A DNA stretch of 49,356 nt from the IMG/VR virus record IMGVR_UViG_3300012933_000183, positions 1-49,356 of that record. One strand, given 5' to 3'. This document shows positions 17,168 through 24,207 of the stretch, one piece after another; position 1 is the stretch's first letter, and each line of letters opens with the position of its first letter. The notes below the pieces were generated by a model, which ran no database searches, was not told where the DNA came from, and was given only the letters and a program-made list of their open reading frames with translations. Position numbers and translations under genes: made by a program. Source of the DNA: a virus (Duplodnaviria; Caudoviricetes).

Positions 17168-18202
17168 ATGAAGTCGTTTAAGGAAATGACAGAGGCACGA
17201 TATGTGACTTCTGCTGACTATAAGATTGGTCCATCTGGTCGTAAAGTCCATAAGATGAAGAAAGTCGCTGATGATCCTGTTGACGTCAAAGATGATGACG
17301 AAGACGAGAAGAAAGAAATCAAAGAAGGTACTGTACACACTAAGAAATATTCTTGGGGTACAATGAAGCATGTAGAACATGGTCATGACTTCTCTATTCC
17401 ATTACATCCTGAACACCACCAACCTATTCATTCTTTGAAAGATGGTGAATCACATAAGTTTAAGGATGAAACTAATAAACACTGGAAAGCAACACGTGAA
17501 GGTGACAAGGTTCATTTCCATGGTGATGGTCCAGGTAATCGTGGTTATAAGACAACTGTTTCCCATGATTCGTTGAAAGAATCAGTTGAACAAATTGATG
17601 AATTGAAAAAATCTACTCTTAGTTCTTACGTTAAAAAAGCATCTGATGATCGTGCTGACACTGGATACCACAGTGGTTATTGGGATCGTGCAAGCGGTGG
17701 TTCTAAACCTGAGTACAAATCACAAGCAGAAAAAGAAGATGGTCAAGAAAAACGTAAAGTCGGTATCAATCGTGCACTTAAACGTTTAACTAAAGAAGAG
17801 ACAGAGCAAGTACAAGAAGCTATAGATAAACAAGATACACGTCTAATGCAATTAGCTCGTTTAGGTTTAGTTGATAAAGATTCTGTATCTCAATTACGTA
17901 TTGCAATGTCATCTCTTAAAGCTGAGAAGACTTTAACAGTTGCACAACGTACATTACTATTGAATGTGACTGAGGAATTAATTTCCTTGGTAACAGGTGA
18001 TGACATGGTTTTCAATCGTGTAAAGTTAGATGTTCAAAAAGAATCTAAGGATTCTGATAAAGATGATGTGCCATTTGATGGTCCATATTCTAAGACTCCT
18101 GAGAAAGTTAAAGATAAATCCGGTGCTGTACATACACCGCAATCGCGTGTTCGACACTTAGCTCGTATTGCCATTAATGCGCAAAAGAAGAAGGCTAAGT
18201 GA
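17168..18202 (+). CDS. Probable internal virion protein (modular)
   Basis: GGAGA RBS; begins MKSFKEMTE; KESVEQIDE and KEETEQVQE linkers. Confidence 0.6.
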   Translation: MKSFKEMTEARYVTSADYKIGPSGRKVHKMKKVADDPVDVKDDDEDEKKEIKEGTVHTKKYSWGTMKHVEHGHDFSIPLHPEHHQPIHSLKDGESHKFKDETNKHWKATREGDKVHFHGDGPGNRGYKTTVSHDSLKESVEQIDELKKSTLSSYVKKASDDRADTGYHSGYWDRASGGSKPEYKSQAEKEDGQEKRKVGINRALKRLTKEETEQVQEAIDKQDTRLMQLARLGLVDKDSVSQLRIAMSSLKAEKTLTVAQRTLLLNVTEELISLVTGDDMVFNRVKLDVQKESKDSDKDDVPFDGPYSKTPEKVKDKSGAVHTPQSRVRHLARIAINAQKKKAK

Positions 18203-18570
18203 TTGACATGGAAGCAGAAAGAATAGCTAAATTGGAAATCCAAGTTGAAGGCATTAAGGAAGATGTCAAGGATTTAAAGGCAGATGTTAAAGAGATCCAT
18301 TCTCGTATCACAACTGGCAATCGAGAGATTGTTGAGAAGATCGAGATTATGGATCAACGTCTAGAACTTAAACTAAATGCATCTGCTAAAGCAGCCAAAG
18401 AACAACACCACGAAATTCAAATCGAAATCCAAAACGATATCAAAGATATCAATAAACGCGTTGATGTTCTAGAAAGATGGCGTTGGATGATTGTCGGTGG
18501 CGCAATCACAATCGGTTGGTTATTAGGTCACGTCGATTGGTTATCGATGGTCGCAACAAAATTACAATAA
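18199..18570 (+). CDS. Coiled-coil protein with C-terminal TM helix (XhlA/holin-like architecture)
   Basis: Heptad repeats followed by RVDVLERWRWMIVGGAITIGWLL. Confidence 0.55.
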   Translation: MIDMEAERIAKLEIQVEGIKEDVKDLKADVKEIHSRITTGNREIVEKIEIMDQRLELKLNASAKAAKEQHHEIQIEIQNDIKDINKRVDVLERWRWMIVGGAITIGWLLGHVDWLSMVATKLQ

Positions 18571-18582
18571 AGGGAAATAGAA

Positions 18583-20277
18583 ATGACTTGGGGTATTTTT
18601 AAAAGAGATTCTGTTAGTGATACAGTTGAGAAACTACAGAAAGAGGGTTGGGATGACATGCTTAAAGCCGTTAAGGACAAGCAAGGCACTCAACCAAATG
18701 GTGGCGCAGGCAAGAAGCAAGGCACTCGTTACGGCGGTGGCAAGCAAAAAGAAGATGAATCTGATAAGCGTAAAGAAAAGAACGAATCAGTTGAACAAGT
18801 AACTGAAGCTAAAGAAGGCGACGTTGTAACAATCAACAAGCCTGGTCACCCATTACATGGCTTAAAGGGTCACGTTTTCCATAGCGGTAAAGATCATGCT
18901 ACTGTAGAATTACATGATAAGCCTAAAGATTACGAATGGCAATCTGCTAAAAACGTTCAAATTAAACATGATGAACTTAAAGTACATGCTAAGAATGAAT
19001 CTGTTGAAGTTAATGAAGCAAATGAATATAAAGTTTATTCTAATTCACACAACAATCCAGAACACCACACTAAGCATAGCACATTAGACTCTGCTAAAGC
19101 AGAACTTGCCAAGCATAAAGGTGGAGCATTGTACCACAATAAAAAGTTGTACAATAAAAAGACTGGCATGTTTGAATCTGTTGAACATATCGATGAAGCA
19201 AATGAATATAAAGTTTATTCTAATTCACACAACAATCCAGAGCATCATACTAAACACAGTACTCTAGATTCTGCTAAAGCAGAACTTGCCAAGCATAACG
19301 GCGGTGCGTTGTATCATAAGAATAAACTATACAACAAAAAGACTGGTATGTTTGAATCAGTTGAATTAGAACAATTCGATGATGAAGCGTTCTATGATGG
19401 TTCAGATATGTTAGGCGAAGCACAAGCTCGTTATAGCTCTTCATACAAATTCACTCACAAACCAGGTGATGAAGAATCAGAAAAGAAATTAGCTGACTTA
19501 AAGAAGTCTGTTAAAGGTACTGGTAAGCGTGTTGTTCTACAAGGTCGTTTAGGCAAGAACAACCCTAATGCACACAAGTATTCTAAGTCTGTGCAAGGTA
19601 CTTCTGCTAGCGCATCATCAGGTGCACATACACATCAACGTATTCAGAAAGCAGATGCTGCACATCATGACGTTTATGTTTATGACAAAGCAGATACAGA
19701 ATATTCATACGATGAATTGATTAGCGAAGTGTTATCTAAGAATGCAAGCGCTGGTAAATGGATCAGTGATTTTGTTAAATCAGACAATCCAAAGTTTGCT
19801 GGTGATTCAGTAGAGAAACGTAAAGAGCGTGCCTTAGCTGCATACTATACTGCACAGAAGAATGAATCGACAGATTACAATTTTTATGCTGAATATATAG
19901 AAGAGGCAATCCAACAAGACGTAGTCAAGATGGGTGCTAAAGAAATTAAACATGCAAATATGAAGGATAAACAACAAGATGCAGAAATTATGGAACCTCA
20001 TTCAGAAGGTGAAGCAGCTTTTCTCGACAAGCACGCAATCAACGTCACAGACGACCCAACCGCAGTTAAGCAAGACTGTGGAGCCGGAAATCAAGCCACA
20101 GCGCCAAAAGGTCAAGGAGCAGGTAGCTACGACGGCAACAGCAAGCTCAGCGACAAAGACAAAGCGACAGTCAAAGAAGCCAGCGACTGCAAAAGCGGTA
20201 CAACAGAAACCGGCGGTAAAGCAGAAACCATCGACACAAAGCCAAAAGAAAAAAGCACCAAGAAAAACAGTGGCTAA
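18583..20277 (+). CDS. Probable internal virion polyprotein with repeated modules
   Basis: Repeated NESVE/FESVE..E linkers; internal 60-aa duplication; His/Lys-rich. Confidence 0.65.
   Translation: MTWGIFKRDSVSDTVEKLQKEGWDDMLKAVKDKQGTQPNGGAGKKQGTRYGGGKQKEDESDKRKEKNESVEQVTEAKEGDVVTINKPGHPLHGLKGHVFHSGKDHATVELHDKPKDYEWQSAKNVQIKHDELKVHAKNESVEVNEANEYKVYSNSHNNPEHHTKHSTLDSAKAELAKHKGGALYHNKKLYNKKTGMFESVEHIDEANEYKVYSNSHNNPEHHTKHSTLDSAKAELAKHNGGALYHKNKLYNKKTGMFESVELEQFDDEAFYDGSDMLGEAQARYSSSYKFTHKPGDEESEKKLADLKKSVKGTGKRVVLQGRLGKNNPNAHKYSKSVQGTSASASSGAHTHQRIQKADAAHHDVYVYDKADTEYSYDELISEVLSKNASAGKWISDFVKSDNPKFAGDSVEKRKERALAAYYTAQKNESTDYNFYAEYIEEAIQQDVVKMGAKEIKHANMKDKQQDAEIMEPHSEGEAAFLDKHAINVTDDPTAVKQDCGAGNQATAPKGQGAGSYDGNSKLSDKDKATVKEASDCKSGTTETGGKAETIDTKPKEKSTKKNSG
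19013..19365 (+). repeat. Two-copy in-frame tandem repeat, period 180 bp
   Basis: atgaagcaaatgaatataaagtttattctaattcacacaacaatccaga at 19013 and 19193; both copies end in tttgaatc.gttgaa. Confidence 0.95.
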
Positions 20278-20281
20278 ATGA
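19979..20281 (+). CDS. Candidate overprinted basic protein (alternative frame of 18583 gene)
   Basis: AAGGA upstream; amphipathic N-terminus MQKLWNLIQKVKQLF, K/A/P-rich tail; stop 4 nt after that of the host ORF. Confidence 0.4.
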   Translation: MQKLWNLIQKVKQLFSTSTQSTSQTTQPQLSKTVEPEIKPQRQKVKEQVATTATASSATKTKRQSKKPATAKAVQQKPAVKQKPSTQSQKKKAPRKTVAK

Positions 20282-20286
20282 AAAAT

Positions 20287-20310
20287 GCAGGGGATTATTC
20301 CCCTGCTTTC
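20287..20310 (+). terminator. Hairpin/terminator
   Basis: GCAGGGGA-ttat-TCCCCTGC-tttc. Confidence 0.65.
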
Positions 20311-20321
20311 TATAGGTTATT

Positions 20322-20687
20322 ATGAGCTTTGAAAAACTAAATAGCAGAAACTTTGTATTGTTCGCTGCTAAGAATTATATTAATCCTCAGTGTATGACAA
20401 CTGAGGAATTTGAAGAGGACTTGCAAAAGTTCAAATATATTAAACGCTTGTTTAATCGTTACGAAACAACCGGTGAATTGAACGAACGTCTGATTTTAAA
20501 TCACATGATCGTCTTATATAATGTGTTCGGTATTAAAGCAGCCAATCATATGATGTTCCATAAGATTGATAAAGACAATTGGCCATTGCTTAAAACGTTT
20601 CTAGTGTATTTGAATTATTTGCCTGAAGATCAATATGTCGAAGTACCGCTAGATCAAAAGGTTGTAGAGGTATTGAGGAAAATTTAA
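20322..20687 (+). CDS. Conserved hypothetical protein of aquatic T4-like phages
   Basis: NFVLFAAKNY.NPQC..EEFEEDL..FKYIKRL, RLILNH..LYNVFG. Confidence 0.75.
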   Translation: MSFEKLNSRNFVLFAAKNYINPQCMTTEEFEEDLQKFKYIKRLFNRYETTGELNERLILNHMIVLYNVFGIKAANHMMFHKIDKDNWPLLKTFLVYLNYLPEDQYVEVPLDQKVVEVLRKI

Positions 20688-21281
20688 ATGGCAATCATAC
20701 AACGAGCAGTAGACATCTACTATACGTTTAGATTCCTTCGTCAACTAGTTACACCATGGACTGAGACTAAAGCGTATCAGTTAGGTATCGTTGATGCTGA
20801 TGGAAAGAAGTTACGTTCACCTGTAACTCCAGAGGAAAAGGATTCATATACATTATTCTTTAGATTGGTTTATAATATCAAACGTCTATTGAATAAAATC
20901 CCATTGGGTAAAACAAAGTTAGCATCATATGCTGCAGCGCTTTGGTTAATCCATGAAAACACTAACATGAGTCAACACGCTGTGTTAGAAGGTTTCAAAA
21001 AATATGTAAAAGATCAAGGTCTAGAATTAGATAATACATTATCTGAGTCAAAGATGTGGATGACTAAAGGCAATCAGTTGTTGCCTGGTAAATATAAGTT
21101 AGCTGAACATTGCATGTCTCCAATTACAGGAGAAACAATTGCATTCAAAGGTTCAGTGATTTTAGTAAACGAAATGAGCTGTATGCCACAAGGCAATCTT
21201 GACGGTGTGAATGTTTACAAAGTATATCATGTGTCGAGCAAGCAAACAATATACATAACTCCAGAAGACATTTATAGATAA
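20688..21281 (+). CDS. Conserved hypothetical protein of T4-like phages
   Basis: YTFRFLRQLVTPW..AYQLGIVD..G, YTLFFRLVYNIKR. Confidence 0.7.
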   Translation: MAIIQRAVDIYYTFRFLRQLVTPWTETKAYQLGIVDADGKKLRSPVTPEEKDSYTLFFRLVYNIKRLLNKIPLGKTKLASYAAALWLIHENTNMSQHAVLEGFKKYVKDQGLELDNTLSESKMWMTKGNQLLPGKYKLAEHCMSPITGETIAFKGSVILVNEMSCMPQGNLDGVNVYKVYHVSSKQTIYITPEDIYR

Positions 21282-21287
21282 GCCACT

Positions 21288-23540
21288 ATGCAAACACAAG
21301 ACACACAACTAGACGTTACAATGCTAATTAGCAATATGCTTGCTGAAGCAGACGCTAAGAAACCACCAGTCGGTCAAGGTGGTAGAGATTACGAAGAGCA
21401 CATCAATGGCATTTTAAAGAAGCATGGTAAAGCAGATAAAGATGCTACTACTGCTGGTTCATCTGCTGATGCACCTGATGCTCAGTTCAATCATGGTGGC
21501 AAGAAACATAATCTAGAAATTAAAGCTGACAGCAAAGCCATGTTCGGTCAAATGGAATTGAAACATGACGGCGAACAGTGGGACTTCTCAGAGAAATCAA
21601 AGAAGAAATATCCAGAGACACACAAGCAATTAGTTAAATCTGGTTTCTTGAAGAAGATCAACAGTCAATGGAAAAAGCCAACTGGTAAGTATGAAGAAGA
21701 CCTAAAGATGGGTAATGTCTATCACGATGTTGATAGCGCTGAACCTATTAAGGCGCACTATGGTAAAGATCGCAAGACCGATTATATCCAAATTGGTGGT
21801 GGTCATGGTTTCTATCACACAGGCAATGATGCTGCTAAACTAGGTTCTCCAGAATTAGAAGGCAAAACACAACTTCGTGCTCGTATGAAAGCACGTGGTC
21901 GTGATAAAGCTGGCAATCGTACATACGGTGCTCTAGTTGTTATGAGCCTTAAGAATGCAGCTAAATCACATCACGATTTAGAAAGCCAAGTTCACAAAGA
22001 GTGGATTGATTATATTCTAAATGGTCCACAATTGGTTGAAGCAACTAATGTCGTTACAAAACCTATTGAACCAGGCGATAGTCAGAATCATCACATCATT
22101 CATATTACTGTATCTAAGGATGGTAAGCGTCAAGTTCGTAAAGCTACTGTTACTACACATCATGGTGAAGGTCATGCTATTAAGAAAGCATACAAACATT
22201 ATGAAGATAACGGTTACGAAGTTCATGGTCATAAGGTCATGAAAGAACTTGAGAAAGAAGAATCGAAGATGAAGAAAGAATCAGTGGAAGAAGGCTACAA
22301 TAACAACCGCACTGGTTTTGCAAAGCGTCGTCGTGAAGATGACGAGTACCATACTCCAGATCCAGTTACTCGTACACACAAGATTGCATTCGATGTATCT
22401 AAGGATGGTGGCGAGAAGCACAATCGTACAGTGACTATTAGCAATAGCACTAAGTCTCATGAAGAAGCTAAGGCAACTGCTAAAGCACACCTTGAAAAGC
22501 AAGGTTACAAGATTCATGAAGCATCTGATATTTGTGCAGTATGTGGTCAAACACCATGTAATTGCACAACGCTTGATGAAGCTGGTAATAAGCCACTAGA
22601 ACCACACGTTGGCATGGGCGATTCAAGAACTCCAAGAGAATTGAAAACTCAAATGACTGGTGCAACTGATGACTTCGTTAAGTCTGCTGCTAAAAAGAAA
22701 CTAGGAATGTTTCATTCTAAAGTTGCACACATGCAAAACAAACTAGCAAAGTCTGAATTGCGCAAGCGTACAAATGAAGAAGTCGAGCAGATCGACGAAG
22801 CACATAAAATCGGTGATAAAGTTATCATCACTAAAGGTCCTAAAGATGTGATCGGTAAAACAGGTCATGTTGGCGAGATTCGTCATGGCGCATTTAAAGG
22901 TGCAGTTAAGACATATACTATCGATCATGAAGGTGGTTCAGTTCAATTGAAGTCTACACATTTTAAGAAGCATATTTCTGAAGAAGTTGAGCAGATCGAC
23001 GAAGCGCCAAAAGATCATACTATTGAAGCACACGGCATCAAAGGTACTAAGGGAACTCCTTGGCGCAAGACCTTCAAAAGTCATGATCATCTAAATGATT
23101 GGGCTGAGAAGAATGATTCAGTTGAAGTTCATGGTACTCGTGAACTTGAAGGCGCAAAGAAAGATGTTAAAGAAGACACTCTTGTTGAAGGCGCATACGA
23201 AAAGGCTGAGGAAAACAAGCGTTCAGCTGAAGCAGCTAAGTCTCAAGCTCGACCATTTGATTACCATATGCATATGGCAGATCATCACGATAACATGTCG
23301 CAATGGCATGAATCTAAAGGTCGTCATGCTGAAGCTGCAAGACATGCTGAAAAGTCAGATGAACACCATGAAAAAGCAATGAACGTTAAAGAAGAAGTTG
23401 CCGCTAATAATGTTGGTGGTGGTTCAATCGCTGGTACACAAGGTGATGCTGGTAAGAAATCAGTTATGACTAAACCACCAATGAAACGCCAAGAGTTGAA
23501 GAAGTTTAGTTTCTTTGTTTCACAGGAGCATGACAAATAA
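21288..23540 (+). CDS. Large modular probable internal virion polyprotein; N-terminal PD-(D/E)xK-like domain
   Basis: YEE..APDAQF..LEIK; multiple EEVEQIDE-type linkers; CAVC..C.C microdomain; KOW-like module. Confidence 0.65.
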   Translation: MQTQDTQLDVTMLISNMLAEADAKKPPVGQGGRDYEEHINGILKKHGKADKDATTAGSSADAPDAQFNHGGKKHNLEIKADSKAMFGQMELKHDGEQWDFSEKSKKKYPETHKQLVKSGFLKKINSQWKKPTGKYEEDLKMGNVYHDVDSAEPIKAHYGKDRKTDYIQIGGGHGFYHTGNDAAKLGSPELEGKTQLRARMKARGRDKAGNRTYGALVVMSLKNAAKSHHDLESQVHKEWIDYILNGPQLVEATNVVTKPIEPGDSQNHHIIHITVSKDGKRQVRKATVTTHHGEGHAIKKAYKHYEDNGYEVHGHKVMKELEKEESKMKKESVEEGYNNNRTGFAKRRREDDEYHTPDPVTRTHKIAFDVSKDGGEKHNRTVTISNSTKSHEEAKATAKAHLEKQGYKIHEASDICAVCGQTPCNCTTLDEAGNKPLEPHVGMGDSRTPRELKTQMTGATDDFVKSAAKKKLGMFHSKVAHMQNKLAKSELRKRTNEEVEQIDEAHKIGDKVIITKGPKDVIGKTGHVGEIRHGAFKGAVKTYTIDHEGGSVQLKSTHFKKHISEEVEQIDEAPKDHTIEAHGIKGTKGTPWRKTFKSHDHLNDWAEKNDSVEVHGTRELEGAKKDVKEDTLVEGAYEKAEENKRSAEAAKSQARPFDYHMHMADHHDNMSQWHESKGRHAEAARHAEKSDEHHEKAMNVKEEVAANNVGGGSIAGTQGDAGKKSVMTKPPMKRQELKKFSFFVSQEHDK
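22775..23005 (+). repeat. 27-bp direct repeat encoding EEVEQIDEA
   Basis: tgaagaagt(c/t)gagcagatcgacgaagc at 22775-22801 and 22979-23005, one mismatch. Confidence 0.9.
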
Positions 23541-24115
23541 TGTTTTTATTATCCTTTCTACCAGATTGGATTTTCTATGCAACATTGATGTTGAGTGTGG
23601 TGGCATTAACTACTGCCACATTCCTGAATAAACTACCATTCATTAGCACATATGCTAAACCAGTCCAGATTGGTTCTGCTATTGTGCTTTTGTTTTCTAT
23701 ATACATGTGTGGTGGCATTTCTAATGAAGCATCATGGCAAGAGAAAGTCTTAAAGCAGCAAGCAGAGATTGCATTATTGAAACAAAAAGAAGCTGAAGTT
23801 TCTACAAAAGTTGTAACGAAGTATATAGATAAACTTACAGTCGTCAAGGAAACTAATAATGAAATTTCAAAATATGTCAACACGAATGCTGATGCTAAGT
23901 GTCAGTTGCCTAATTCTTTCAGCGTGCTCCACGACGCTGCCGCAAAAAACCAGCTTCCCGACCCCACCGGAGCTGTTGATGCGAGAGCCTCAGAAGTTAA
24001 ACTCTCTGAAGCAACAACAACCATCATCGAAAACTACGGAATCTGCAACCAAAACTCAGAGCAACTAAAAGCTTTGCAGGAATGGGTATCTGAGCAGAAA
24101 AAAATTAACCCGTAA
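23540..24115 (+). CDS. Inner-membrane spanin (Rz-like)
   Basis: N-terminal TM helices, coiled coil, KVVTKYIDK..C..HDAAA..NYGIC..QLKALQEW. Confidence 0.8.
   Translation: MFLLSFLPDWIFYATLMLSVVALTTATFLNKLPFISTYAKPVQIGSAIVLLFSIYMCGGISNEASWQEKVLKQQAEIALLKQKEAEVSTKVVTKYIDKLTVVKETNNEISKYVNTNADAKCQLPNSFSVLHDAAAKNQLPDPTGAVDARASEVKLSEATTTIIENYGICNQNSEQLKALQEWVSEQKKINP
23859..24068 (+). CDS. Outer-membrane spanin lipoprotein (Rz1-like), embedded in the i-spanin
   Basis: AAGGA RBS, lipobox LSA-C, Pro-rich FPTPPELLMREP. Confidence 0.8.
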   Translation: MKFQNMSTRMLMLSVSCLILSACSTTLPQKTSFPTPPELLMREPQKLNSLKQQQPSSKTTESATKTQSN

Positions 24116-24147
24116 AAACCCACCAAAAATAAATACCAACCTGCCTA

Positions 24148-24176
24148 TGTACAACATACAGCGGGTATGGTATAAT
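24148..24176 (+). promoter_or_regulatory. Early promoter of nrdA
   Basis: TGTACA-17 nt-TATAAT. Confidence 0.85.
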
Positions 24177-24207
24177 ATACTTTATGAATTTCGGAGTCTT
24201 ATTATAA

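Noticed and set aside
18990-19370. CRISPR-like or non-coding repeat array
   Set aside because: Repeats are in-frame coding duplications without unique spacers
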